A stretch of 55,761 nt of DNA from the IMG/VR virus record IMGVR_UViG_3300045988_162287; one strand, 5' to 3'. The translations under genes and the position numbers were made by a program. Positions 27,102 to 35,177 of the stretch are shown here, piece after piece. The DNA comes from a virus. The notes beneath the pieces were generated by a model that was given only the letters and a program-made list of their open reading frames with translations, was not told the origin of the DNA and made no database searches. Position 1 is the first letter of the stretch. The number at the start of each line of letters is the position of its first letter.

Positions 27102-28010
27102 ATGAGAATTTTGGACCAAAGCGACAACGAGATCCAGCCGGAGGACGTGGACTATCGTCTCGGCAAGCTCTCCGATGACAAGATCTTCATTCAGCACCAC
27201 GATGCCGTCGAAGCCGTTGAGGAGCAGGGCCATTACGAGACCCTTCAGGAGTATCCGAACGGCGGTAAGGACGTCGAGTGGAAGGTGGACGTTCCAGGCG
27301 TCGAAGCCAAGGAAGCCTGGGACGAATACGAGGATATTCAGCGCTACACCAAGTTCACCGCTGAGGAACTCAAGGCCAATGCCGAGCGTGAGGCGCAGGC
27401 AGTGGAACAGCAGGAGATCCAGAAGGCCGTCATGGCCTCCTTTCGGATGCTGATTCAGCCGATGCTGGCCAGCATGCCGGTCGAGGATCTGAAGGCCGTG
27501 TCGGCTCTGGTTCCGGAGTGGACTGTCGGCACCGAATACAAGACCGGTGATATTGTCCGGTATAAGGGCGTTCTGTACCATTGCCTTCAGAACGACACCG
27601 CCCAGGAGATCTTCCCGCCGGATACCTACATCTCGGGATGGAAGCACGTCGATGAGCCGGACGAGCATGGCATCCATCCGTTCAGCCAGCCGCTTGGTGC
27701 TACGGACGCCTACATGAAGGGTGACAAGTTGTCCTTCGAAGGCGCCTATTATCGGTCGAACATCGACTATAATGTCTGGTCGCCGACCGCCTATCCGCAA
27801 GGCTGGACCAAGTTGGATAGCACCGGCGAAAGCCCGGAACCAGGTGGCGATGATAACGAGTATCCGGCATTCGTCCAACCGACCGGCGCCCATGACGCAT
27901 ACAATATCGGCGACAAGGTGACGTATAACGGCCATCGCTACGAGTGCACGATGAACAGCAACGCCTATTCGCCGGATGCCTATCCGCAGGGATGGAAACA
28001 GATCGACTAA
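27102..28010 (+). CDS. Tail protein with three CBM5/12-like carbohydrate-binding repeats
   Basis: YKTGDIVRYKGVLYHCLQ...GWKHV; YMKGDKLSFEGAYYRSN...YPQGWTKL; YNIGDKVTYNGHRYECT...YPQGWKQI. Confidence 0.6.
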   Translation: MRILDQSDNEIQPEDVDYRLGKLSDDKIFIQHHDAVEAVEEQGHYETLQEYPNGGKDVEWKVDVPGVEAKEAWDEYEDIQRYTKFTAEELKANAEREAQAVEQQEIQKAVMASFRMLIQPMLASMPVEDLKAVSALVPEWTVGTEYKTGDIVRYKGVLYHCLQNDTAQEIFPPDTYISGWKHVDEPDEHGIHPFSQPLGATDAYMKGDKLSFEGAYYRSNIDYNVWSPTAYPQGWTKLDSTGESPEPGGDDNEYPAFVQPTGAHDAYNIGDKVTYNGHRYECTMNSNAYSPDAYPQGWKQID

Positions 28011-28021
28011 GGAGATGACGT

Positions 28022-28960
28022 ATGGCACGTCTTAATACCTACACCCGCACTTCGCAACCGTCAGATTCGGACGTGTTCGTCATCGATAGCACGACTGGTT
28101 CGGCGGGCACCAGGACGGTGCTTTGGTCCTCGATTAAAGCGCTGTTCGCCGCGGCCAAGCACAGTCACGCCGCTACGGACATCACCAGTGGCACGCTGAC
28201 ACTCGACCGACTTCCCACGATCCCTCTGGCCAAGGGAGGCACCGGAGCAACGTCGGCCGCAACGGCCCGTACGGCTCTCGGCGTCCAGAATCCGATTACC
28301 GCCGCCAACGCTCTGACGAATCAGAATCTGAATTCGTACAATGCGGTGGAGCACTGCGGATGGTATTACGCCGGAGGCGGCAACTCTGTGACCAATAAGC
28401 CGTCAGGCGTCGAGCATTTCGGTATGTTCGTCATGCAGACGGCGTCGGGTGTGCTCACTCAGATCCTGTACGATAACTCCGGCAAGATCTGGACGAGGTC
28501 GTATTTTAAGTCCGCATGGAGTACGTGGACCGCTCTGGTCCGAACGACCGATACGATCGCCAAGGCCACCAGCGCGACGAACGCCACCAACGCGACCAAT
28601 GCCACGAACGCCACCAAGGCGACGCAGGATTCTGCCGGTCAGACCATCAACACGACCTATGTGAAGTCCGTCACCGCATCAGGACGCACTGTCACGGTGA
28701 CCAAGGGCAACGGCACGACCTCGACGTTCACCACGCAGGATACGACCTATTCCGCGGCCACCCAATCGACGGCTGGTTTGATGTCGGCAGCCGACAAGAA
28801 GAAGCTCGACGGTCTGTCCGGCGATTACGGTTCGGCCATCGGAACGGCCACGTCCTCGAAGGACGGCCTGATGTCCAAGACCGACAAGGCCAAGCTCGAC
28901 AAATTCCCATCGGATGGTATGACCCGCATCAGCGAGGCCACCATTGACGGCATGTTCTAA
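28022..28960 (+). CDS. Tail fibre protein
   Basis: DRLPTIPLAKGGTGATSAATARTALGV, an (ATN)n tract, and GLMSAADKKKLDG / GLMSKTDKAKLDK repeats typical of phage fibres. Confidence 0.65.
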   Translation: MARLNTYTRTSQPSDSDVFVIDSTTGSAGTRTVLWSSIKALFAAAKHSHAATDITSGTLTLDRLPTIPLAKGGTGATSAATARTALGVQNPITAANALTNQNLNSYNAVEHCGWYYAGGGNSVTNKPSGVEHFGMFVMQTASGVLTQILYDNSGKIWTRSYFKSAWSTWTALVRTTDTIAKATSATNATNATNATNATKATQDSAGQTINTTYVKSVTASGRTVTVTKGNGTTSTFTTQDTTYSAATQSTAGLMSAADKKKLDGLSGDYGSAIGTATSSKDGLMSKTDKAKLDKFPSDGMTRISEATIDGMF

Positions 28961-28970
28961 GGAGATATTC

Positions 28971-29483
28971 ATGGTAAGCTACCTTGATCAGGATGGGGTC
29001 CAGCACCTCGTAGATAAAATGCTGGACCGGATGTACCCGGTCGATTCGATCTATATTTCCACCAATTCCACCAGCCCGGCGTCGCTGTATGGCGGCAGCT
29101 GGGAACGTTACGGTACCGGACGAGCGCTGATCAGCGCCTCCGATACCGATCCAGACTTCACCGCCGGCACCACCGGTGGAAGCAAGACGCATAATCATGC
29201 GTATGGTATTGTGTTTGGTACCGCTTATGGAATGACCGTATTGTCGGACAGTAGAGAATCACCACAAATTGGTATCGTTGATTATTCTATAACCGTTGGT
29301 AATCGTATTCGGAGACAAGGTATTCCACCTATCAATACGACCCGTATCGGTTTCGCAGATACGGTCTCTGGCTCATATGGCGAGAATAAACAACTGACCC
29401 TTCGAACCAGTGAAGGATTAACCAGGGAAACGTCATCAATGGAACCATACGTCGCTGTGTATGTATGGCGTCGAACGGCCTAG
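28971..29483 (+). CDS. Tail fibre tip / receptor-binding candidate whose C-terminal 95 aa lie inside a putative invertible segment
   Basis: AAGGAGA RBS. The constant N-terminus ends in GTTGGSKTHNH, encoded by the left 33-bp inverted repeat. The protein ends PYVAVYVWRRTA. Confidence 0.55.
   Translation: MVSYLDQDGVQHLVDKMLDRMYPVDSIYISTNSTSPASLYGGSWERYGTGRALISASDTDPDFTAGTTGGSKTHNHAYGIVFGTAYGMTVLSDSRESPQIGIVDYSITVGNRIRRQGIPPINTTRIGFADTVSGSYGENKQLTLRTSEGLTRETSSMEPYVAVYVWRRTA
29166..29198. repeat. Left arm of a perfect 33-bp inverted repeat (GGCACCACCGGTGGAAGCAAGACGCATAATCAT)
   Basis: The exact reverse complement is present at 29780-29812. The arm starts on a codon boundary of gene 28971. Confidence 0.95.
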
Positions 29484-29779
29484 GCGGTTCTTCTCCAGAC
29501 GTACACGGCAACGTAGGGGCTCAAGCTTGATTCCGTCTTTGTGTCGGTTTCGTATCGATATCGCTGAGCATGATATGGTTGGCCGGGTTGACCAATCATC
29601 GAACCTGACCCAATAACTGCTGTATTTTTATCTTCAAGCTTCGTCCATTCATGGAAACTGTCAATCGCTTCGCCGCTATCTTTGTCATACGAGACCAATC
29701 CGCTCCATACGGCTGGATGGGCATCAGTCGGAGCGATCAGGGTATGGCCATAGAACGATCCGACAGCGATTCCATACTT
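29480..29779 (-). other. Promoterless alternative C-terminal tail-fibre cassette (silent in this orientation)
   Basis: On the minus strand, reading in frame out of the right IR: KYGIAVGSFYGHTLIAP...SLSPYVAVYVWRRTA*. It has the same terminal 12 aa as the active gene but different codons. There is no matching N-terminus or credible RBS. Confidence 0.6.
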
Positions 29780-29812
29780 ATGATTATGCGTCTTGCTTCC
29801 ACCGGTGGTGCC
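29780..29812. repeat. Right arm of the perfect 33-bp inverted repeat
   Basis: atgattatgcgtcttgcttccaccggtggtgcc is the reverse complement of 29166-29198. Confidence 0.95.
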
Positions 29813-29921
29813 ATTATTCCTCCGGATGCTTCCGCAACGGGTTTTCTTATCCTTTTCCCGTCCCGAGGTCCGGAGGAGGGTTCTTTTATAAACATAAAGG
29901 ATGTATCGAAAGGAGTCCATC

Positions 29922-30368
29922 ATGCCCATGCCTCAATACAACGGCCCCATGTATTCCCAGGGACCGACCGCGGTGGGACCGTACAATTTGCAGGGTTATC
30001 AGTCGACGTTCGGATATAATCCGCAGCAGACCTATCTTCCTCAGACGCAACAGCCCCAGATGGCGACGCAGCAACCGCAGACGCCATCGTTGGTCGGCCG
30101 GATCGTCACCGCCAATGACCAGATCCCTCCGGCGGAGATCCCGTCGAACGGCACGCCCGCATATTTCCCTATGCAGGATGGGTCGGCCATCCTCGTCAAG
30201 GTCTGGAACGGGAATGGAACCATCAATACGGTCCGCTATATTCCGGAACCGGCTCAGCCCGCTCCTCAGCCGCAGCCTCAGGACAATTCGGCGCAGGAGG
30301 AGATCCTCAGGCGTCTGGAGTCGCTGGAGAACAAGCTTACCTCGCTTACGGACTCGCTGACGAACTGA
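29922..30368 (+). CDS. Hypothetical protein: Q/P/Y-rich N-terminus, beta-rich core, C-terminal coiled coil
   Basis: AAAGGAG RBS; MPMPQYNGPMYSQGP...QTQQPQMATQQPQ; ends EEILRRLESLENKLTSLTDSL. Confidence 0.5.
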   Translation: MPMPQYNGPMYSQGPTAVGPYNLQGYQSTFGYNPQQTYLPQTQQPQMATQQPQTPSLVGRIVTANDQIPPAEIPSNGTPAYFPMQDGSAILVKVWNGNGTINTVRYIPEPAQPAPQPQPQDNSAQEEILRRLESLENKLTSLTDSLTN

Positions 30369-30391
30369 TCGACGATATTCTGGAGGATCTC

Positions 30392-30598
30392 ATGCCCGGG
30401 CCTGAAGATATGTTCAAGCGGATGTTGCAGCAGAACCCTGCCGTCCGCAACAATCCCAACAATGCGCCGATTCTCAACGCCCTTGAGCGGAATGACGCCC
30501 AAACCGGCCAACAGTTGGCGCAGAATTATGTCAATACTTTAGGGATGGACTGGAACACCGCGCTCCAGCAAGCCAAGGCCTTCCTTGGACTTCCCTAA
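30392..30598 (+). CDS. Hypothetical small protein
   Basis: 68 aa, GGAGGA RBS. Confidence 0.45.
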   Translation: MPGPEDMFKRMLQQNPAVRNNPNNAPILNALERNDAQTGQQLAQNYVNTLGMDWNTALQQAKAFLGLP

Positions 30599-30642
30599 GG
30601 AAACAATAACAAACCAAAAATATCAATTAAGGAGGAACTATC

Positions 30643-31392
30643 ATGTTCGCTCCGAATAACCTCAGCGCCGCCGACGTGGCTGCCGTGACCGGTGGCCGGA
30701 ACAACGACGGTTTCGGTGATGGCAACGGTTGGTGGATCATCCTGATCGCCCTGCTGTTCGGCTGGGGACGCAACGGTGCGTTCGGCGGAGGTTACGGCGG
30801 CTGTTGCGCCTCGGCGACCTGCCAGGAGCTTCAGTCCGGCTTCAACAACCAGTCCGTGATGCAGATGCTCAACGGCATCAACTCGGGCATCTGCTCGCTG
30901 GGCTACGACAACGCCACGCTAGTCAACGGCGTGAATACCAACGTCATGCAGACCGGCTTTGGCATCACGAGCGCCATCCAGCAGGCCCAGTTCGCCCAGC
31001 AGCAGTCCGCTGCCGCCGCCCAGGCCCAGATGGCCGATTGCTGCTGCTCCATCCAGCGCGCGATCGACGGCGTGAACTACAACAACGCGCAGAACTTCTG
31101 CAACCTCGGCAACACGATGCAGTCTGTCGGCCGCGACATCATCGAGAACCAGAACGCGAACTACCGCGCTCTGCACGATGAGCTGGTGCAGTACCGCATC
31201 GAGGACAAGAACGACACCATCGCCGAGCTGCGTTCTCAGGTCCAGGCGCTCAACCTCGCGGCCTCGCAGTCGAACCAGAACACCTATCTGATCGACCGCC
31301 TCCAGCCGTGCCCGACCCCGGCCTACACGGTGCCGAATCCGAATGCGTACTACGGTTGCCAGCAGAACTGCTATCAGTCCTGCGGCTGCTGA
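30643..31392 (+). CDS. Gly-rich, Cys-rich membrane-anchored protein
   Basis: AAGGAGG RBS; GFGDGNGWWIILIALLFGWGRNGAFGGGYGGCC; cysteine clusters CCASATC, DCCCS and C-terminal GCQQNCYQSCGC; Q-rich coiled region. Confidence 0.55.
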   Translation: MFAPNNLSAADVAAVTGGRNNDGFGDGNGWWIILIALLFGWGRNGAFGGGYGGCCASATCQELQSGFNNQSVMQMLNGINSGICSLGYDNATLVNGVNTNVMQTGFGITSAIQQAQFAQQQSAAAAQAQMADCCCSIQRAIDGVNYNNAQNFCNLGNTMQSVGRDIIENQNANYRALHDELVQYRIEDKNDTIAELRSQVQALNLAASQSNQNTYLIDRLQPCPTPAYTVPNPNAYYGCQQNCYQSCGC

Positions 31393-31415
31393 GCCATGGA
31401 AAGAAGGTATAACCG

Positions 31416-31862
31416 ATGATTGTTCTGTCGAATTCCGCCGTGCAGGTCGTTCCCGTCGGCGGGACTGTTACCTTCAACCTGACGGTGATCCACACCGGAT
31501 GCGACCGCAACGGCTGCGGCGGATCCGAGTATCATCGCCAGGGGTCCGGAGCCGTTCGGTTGCGTGGCCGAGGGAACCGCTGCGGCCAGGCGAGCATCTT
31601 CGATCTGAGCTTCAACGGCAACGTCACCAGCGGCACCGCGGGAACCGAGGTTCAGCTGGCGATGACCATCGACGGCACCCCGTTGACCGAGACGACGATG
31701 ATCGAGACCATCGGTACCGCCAATTCGTACCAGAACCTCGCAGCCCGGACATATCTTAAGGTGTGCCCAGGCGAGGACGTCACGCTGTCCGTGACCAACA
31801 CCGGAACCGAACCGATGACCGTCGACGCGAACGCGGCATTCACCGCTCGCAGGATCGCATAA
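31416..31862 (+). CDS. Beta-sandwich protein, possibly C1q/BclA-C-terminal-like
   Basis: 148 aa with alternating beta pattern (AVQVVPVGGTVTFNLTV...VTLSVTNTGTEPMTVDANAAFTARRI). The fold assignment is a guess. Confidence 0.3.
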   Translation: MIVLSNSAVQVVPVGGTVTFNLTVIHTGCDRNGCGGSEYHRQGSGAVRLRGRGNRCGQASIFDLSFNGNVTSGTAGTEVQLAMTIDGTPLTETTMIETIGTANSYQNLAARTYLKVCPGEDVTLSVTNTGTEPMTVDANAAFTARRIA

Positions 31863-31872
31863 GGAGGCTGCC

Positions 31873-32433
31873 ATGACTCATATGACTAAGGATCTCGACG
31901 GCATCTGCGACATGAAGGACGCCCTCATGCGCAAGGTCCGCGGGAAGATGGACGACCTTGACGTCGAACGCAGCACCATCCAGGACGTCCAGGGCATGGA
32001 CATGATGATCAACATGATCCATCACCTGGCCGAAGCGGAGAAGTGCTGCTGGGAGGCCTGTTATTACAAGACCGTCGTCAAGGCCATGAAGGAAGGCGAT
32101 GATCGAGAAGACCGCGATGAGGACGATGACGAGTACGAGGAATGGATCGAGCATGGCGACATGCCGAACCGTAATCGTACGTCATCCGGACGTTTCCGTC
32201 GCAGGAACACGGTCGGCCGCCGATATCCCGGCAATGAGCGCCGCGACTGGGACGGCGATATGAGCTCCGATGGCGGCACGCTCCAGCATGGCGACATGTC
32301 GACCATGACGCCGGACGAACAGCTCAACCACCTCAAGACCGACGTCGAGACCATGTGGAGGGACGCCACTCCCGAGCAGCGCAAGCGCATCAAGGAGAGC
32401 CTTACCAAGTGGTCGACCACGTTGACCGTTTGA
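31873..32433 (+). CDS. Hypothetical charged protein
   Basis: 186 aa, AAGGAGG RBS, acidic stretch DDREDRDEDDDEYEE followed by an Arg-rich stretch. Confidence 0.5.
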   Translation: MTHMTKDLDGICDMKDALMRKVRGKMDDLDVERSTIQDVQGMDMMINMIHHLAEAEKCCWEACYYKTVVKAMKEGDDREDRDEDDDEYEEWIEHGDMPNRNRTSSGRFRRRNTVGRRYPGNERRDWDGDMSSDGGTLQHGDMSTMTPDEQLNHLKTDVETMWRDATPEQRKRIKESLTKWSTTLTV

Positions 32434-32454
32434 TGCGGAGGTGACTGAATCGAT

Positions 32455-32811
32455 ATGAACCCATGGGTCCAGACGATCGTCACCGTCGTATGCTCAGTGT
32501 TCGCTTCGTCTGGACTCTGGGCGTTCGTCACCACGGTCATCAACAATCGCAAAAAAAAGGACGATTCGGAGGACGAACGCATCGAGGCCATCGAGAAGAT
32601 GGTGCGGGGACTCGCTCACGCCAAGATCGTTGAGGTCGGCAAGCGTTATCTTGAGCAGAGCCGTATCACCCTCGATGACCTCGATGAATTCAACCATTAC
32701 CTCTATTACCCATACAGCGCCATGGGCGGCAACGGCTACGCAAAGAAGGTCGCTGAAGAGGTCAACAAGATTCCGCTCAATATCGTCGAAACCAAGAAGG
32801 AGGAGAAATGA
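32455..32811 (+). CDS. N-terminally membrane-anchored protein next to the holin (lysis accessory candidate)
   Basis: TM helix VQTIVTVVCSVFASSGLWAFVTTVI followed by a soluble domain; overlaps the holin start. Confidence 0.4.
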   Translation: MNPWVQTIVTVVCSVFASSGLWAFVTTVINNRKKKDDSEDERIEAIEKMVRGLAHAKIVEVGKRYLEQSRITLDDLDEFNHYLYYPYSAMGGNGYAKKVAEEVNKIPLNIVETKKEEK

Positions 32812-33110
32812 CCGATCAGAACACCGAACCGATTCCCGAGGAACCGACCGACGAGGTCTTCGATCCCGATTTCGTCCAGCAGGAGATCGTCCCGCTGCTC
32901 ATGTCGGACAAGACGTACAACATCATGAAGTGGATCGTGCAGTATATTCTACCCGGTCTCGGCGTGCTGTATGCCATCATCTCCGGCGTAACCGGACTTC
33001 CGTACGCGGAGGTCGTGCTGGCGGTCGTGATGGCCGTGGACTGGTTCCTGGGGATCATCCTGGGCATCAGCACGAAGCAATACAACAAATATATCGCCAA
33101 CAAGCAGTGA
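32808..33110 (+). CDS. Holin (Dp-1-type)
   Basis: KTYNIMKWIVQYILPGLGVLYAIISGVTGLPYAEVVLAVVMAVDWFLGIILGIS shows the two-TM pattern of Dp-1-family holins; it is the last gene of the late block. Confidence 0.6.
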   Translation: MTDQNTEPIPEEPTDEVFDPDFVQQEIVPLLMSDKTYNIMKWIVQYILPGLGVLYAIISGVTGLPYAEVVLAVVMAVDWFLGIILGISTKQYNKYIANKQ

Positions 33111-33122
33111 TGTTTATAAGAA

Positions 33123-33161
33123 TTAAGAGGTCGTGACCATATCATGGCCTCTTAATTTTTT
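33123..33161 (+). terminator. Hairpin + T-run terminator closing the late block
   Basis: ttaagagg...cctcttaa followed by tttttt. The 50 bp at 33123-33172 are repeated exactly at 33447-33496. Confidence 0.7.
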
Positions 33162-33166
33162 GGCCT

Positions 33167-33197
33167 TTCGCGATAAAAACATGTCATATAATGAAGA
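33167..33197 (+). promoter_or_regulatory. Conserved promoter-like motif, copy 1 (TTCGCG-N14-TATAAT-GAAG)
   Basis: ttcgcgataaaaacatgtcatataatgaaga. Confidence 0.6.
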
Positions 33198-33222
33198 CCA
33201 TATTTCAACGAAAGGAGTAACA

Positions 33223-33429
33223 ATGGAATCGAAACTCATTGCTGATATCGTCATTCACGAAAAGTCGGATGAAGATCGGAATAGAGTCGCGCAATCGATA
33301 CACGAGCAGCTTTGCGGAAAGCGATCGTATATCGATAACGCCATCATTCTGAACATAGACGAACCGAAAACGATTCGAATCGCGATATTCGATGATTGCG
33401 AGAACATTGGAGAAATCCACATTCGATAA
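33223..33429 (+). CDS. Hypothetical small protein
   Basis: AAAGGAG RBS, 68 aa. Confidence 0.55.
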   Translation: MESKLIADIVIHEKSDEDRNRVAQSIHEQLCGKRSYIDNAIILNIDEPKTIRIAIFDDCENIGEIHIR

Positions 33430-33446
33430 CGATTAAAGTCCAAATG

Positions 33447-33485
33447 TTAAGAGGTCGTGACCATATCATGGCCTCTTAATTTTTT
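33447..33485 (+). terminator. Hairpin + T-run terminator (exact copy of 33123)
   Basis: ttaagaggtcgtgaccatatcatggcctcttaatttttt. Confidence 0.7.
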
Positions 33486-33490
33486 GGCCT

Positions 33491-33520
33491 TTCGCGTTGG
33501 AAACATGGACTATAGTGAAG
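33491..33520 (+). promoter_or_regulatory. Conserved promoter-like motif, copy 2
   Basis: ttcgcgttggaaacatggactatagtgaag. Confidence 0.6.
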
Positions 33521-33549
33521 CGATAATTCACTATATTTCGAAAGGAACA

Positions 33550-33903
33550 ATGATGAACGAGAAACTTGAGAACGCGAAGAGCAAGATCGTCAAGTTCTAT
33601 GATAAGCATGAGGATGCCATCAAGATCGGAGTCAGTGTCACAGCATTAGTGGGATTCGTAGGCTGGGCCGCATATTGCGTCAAGAAGTATCCGGTCATTT
33701 CCGGCGTCAGCGGTGTCGTTGACGCACAGGGACCTGATGACAAATGCGTAACATTCGGCAGAGATACCCTCCTGGTAATGTTCGACCGAACCCAACGAGA
33801 TGAACTTCTCAACAACATCAAGAACGACGGTTGCTCCGTCACTCAGGATGGACTCGAAATTCTGAAAGCCGTTATCGACAATCCGGTGATTGTTGATCGC
33901 TGA
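33550..33903 (+). CDS. Membrane-anchored hypothetical protein
   Basis: AAAGGAA RBS; TM helix IKIGVSVTALVGFVGWAAYCV. Confidence 0.55.
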   Translation: MMNEKLENAKSKIVKFYDKHEDAIKIGVSVTALVGFVGWAAYCVKKYPVISGVSGVVDAQGPDDKCVTFGRDTLLVMFDRTQRDELLNNIKNDGCSVTQDGLEILKAVIDNPVIVDR

Positions 33904-33908
33904 CACGT

Positions 33909-33942
33909 ATAGGCGTCATGGAAACATGTCGCCTATATTTTT
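33909..33942 (+). terminator. Hairpin with CATG-GAAA-CATG apex + T-run
   Basis: ataggcgtcatggaaacatgtcgcctatattttt. Confidence 0.6.
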
Positions 33943-33957
33943 ATGAAAGGAGTTATC

Positions 33958-34251
33958 ATGAATACCGATATCGTTGAAGCAACAACCGATTCGATCGAAC
34001 GTTACTATATTCACACTTATCAGGAATATCTCAAGTTCTATCTGAATAGCGACGGCTATAAAATCAAACGAACCACAATCACTTTTGATGGATCTCCTTA
34101 CATTCTTCTGTTCGAGAAGCAAGATGGAACCATGCTGGAAATTTATTTGGTCGGAGACGACCCAAAGGGCGTGTTCTATTCTCAGATGCGGAAAATGATC
34201 TATAAAGGAGAAATCAAAGAGCGCTTCGATAAAGCACTACACTTCTTATGA
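33958..34251 (+). CDS. Hypothetical protein
   Basis: GAAAGGAG RBS, 97 aa. Confidence 0.55.
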   Translation: MNTDIVEATTDSIERYYIHTYQEYLKFYLNSDGYKIKRTTITFDGSPYILLFEKQDGTMLEIYLVGDDPKGVFYSQMRKMIYKGEIKERFDKALHFL

Positions 34252-34252
34252 T

Positions 34253-34282
34253 TTCGCGCCCAAAACATGTCTTATAGTGAAG
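34253..34282 (+). promoter_or_regulatory. Conserved promoter-like motif, copy 3
   Basis: ttcgcgcccaaaacatgtcttatagtgaag. Confidence 0.6.
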
Positions 34283-34304
34283 TAACCGAACAAAGGAGAA
34301 CACT

Positions 34305-34598
34305 ATGAAGTTCGAATCACAGCATCGGAACATCAACAAGGCGTTCGATGACAATATCGACGCAGCGTTGGCCAATATTTACGGAGCGGTCGATGACAAT
34401 CACGCCCGCATGGCCGTCGATGACCTCAAGGTCTTGGTGGAAGCGAAGAAGATGTATAACGAAGATCGCAACGCCATGATCGCGAAGGTCGTCGGGGTCG
34501 GAGGGACGTTGGTTTGTCTGGGACTGATGTTCGCATTCGAGACCGACCACGTCATTACGACAAAGGCGCTGAGTTTCATTCCGAAGCCGAAGATCTGA
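34305..34598 (+). CDS. Hypothetical protein with a C-terminal TM helix
   Basis: AAAGGAG RBS; VVGVGGTLVCLGLMFAF. Confidence 0.55.
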   Translation: MKFESQHRNINKAFDDNIDAALANIYGAVDDNHARMAVDDLKVLVEAKKMYNEDRNAMIAKVVGVGGTLVCLGLMFAFETDHVITTKALSFIPKPKI

Positions 34599-34631
34599 CG
34601 ACAGACGTTCAAATATGAACGGAGATTCAGG

Positions 34632-34664
34632 ATAAGGGTCCATGGAAACATGGGCTCTTATTTT
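34632..34664 (+). terminator. Hairpin with CATG-GAAA-CATG apex + T-run
   Basis: ataagggtccatggaaacatgggctcttatttt (13-bp stem including two G-U pairs). Confidence 0.6.
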
Positions 34665-34694
34665 CTCGCGTCCGAAACATGGACTATAGTGAAG
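34665..34694 (+). promoter_or_regulatory. Conserved promoter-like motif, copy 4
   Basis: ctcgcgtccgaaacatggactatagtgaag. Confidence 0.6.
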
Positions 34695-34721
34695 GATAAT
34701 TCATTATAGTAAGGAGTTACC

Positions 34722-34997
34722 ATGAACGACAACGAAAACAAGATGAACAACGTCAAGCAGTTCATCAACGAGCACAAGACCGGTTTGATTATCGGCGCTT
34801 GCGGAATCGTCACACTTGCGTTCGGGGCATATTGCTATCGTTCCGGCTATCGTTCCGGAAGGATCGATCAGTATAACACCGACGCAATAGGATGCGCAAT
34901 GCAATTTAATGAAGCCTTGAAGACGCTCGATGATGAAACGAAAATGACTGTCGTCAATGCTTTCAACGCCGTTGCATCAACAACTTTAAGCAAGTAA
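34722..34997 (+). CDS. Membrane-anchored hypothetical protein
   Basis: AAGGAG RBS; TM helix TGLIIGACGIVTLAFGAYCY. Confidence 0.55.
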   Translation: MNDNENKMNNVKQFINEHKTGLIIGACGIVTLAFGAYCYRSGYRSGRIDQYNTDAIGCAMQFNEALKTLDDETKMTVVNAFNAVASTTLSK

Positions 34998-35013
34998 TGT
35001 CAATTACACCAAC

Positions 35014-35048
35014 GATATAACCTCATGGAAACATGGGGTTATATTTTT
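35014..35048 (+). terminator. Hairpin with CATG-GAAA-CATG apex + T-run
   Basis: atataacctcatggaaacatggggttaatattttt. Confidence 0.55.
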
Positions 35049-35063
35049 CGAAAGGATTGTGTT

Positions 35064-35177
35064 ATGAAAAAGAAATATGGAATTTTCAACTTCCTGTTGG
35101 ACCTAGTCCTGACCGGTCTCACCGGAGGGTTGTGGCTTATCTGGATCGTGTTCCGTTTCCTTAGAAAAAACTCATGA
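35064..35177 (+). CDS. 37-aa membrane peptide (below the ORF-track length cutoff)
   Basis: MKKKYGIFNFLLDLVLTGLTGGLWLIWIVFRFLRKNS; AAAGGA RBS; its stop overlaps the next ATG (ATGA). Confidence 0.45.
   Translation: MKKKYGIFNFLLDLVLTGLTGGLWLIWIVFRFLRKNS

Noticed and set aside
28574-28624. (ATN)n tract in the tail fibre as a slipped-strand contingency repeat
   Set aside because: The repeat holds at the protein level only. The codons differ (gcgacgaac gccaccaac gcgaccaat gccacgaac), so there is no perfect DNA repeat to slip.
28971-29929. Diversity-generating retroelement acting on the tail-fibre tip
   Set aside because: There is no reverse transcriptase gene and no template/variable repeat pair with adenine-specific differences. 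The two cassettes are inverted and flanked by perfect IRs, which fits inversion instead.
33167-33172. TTCGCG as a conventional sigma-70 -35 element
   Set aside because: The spacer to the TATA(A/G)T box is a fixed 14 nt, outside the 16-18-nt window for -35/-10 promoters, and the sequence is far from TTGACA.
33123-33520. Possible CRISPR-like or mobile repeat, because a 50-bp segment recurs at 33123 and 33447
   Set aside because: There are only two copies. Each is a hairpin terminator fused to the start of the promoter-like motif and separated by a coding gene. There is no repeat-spacer periodicity.
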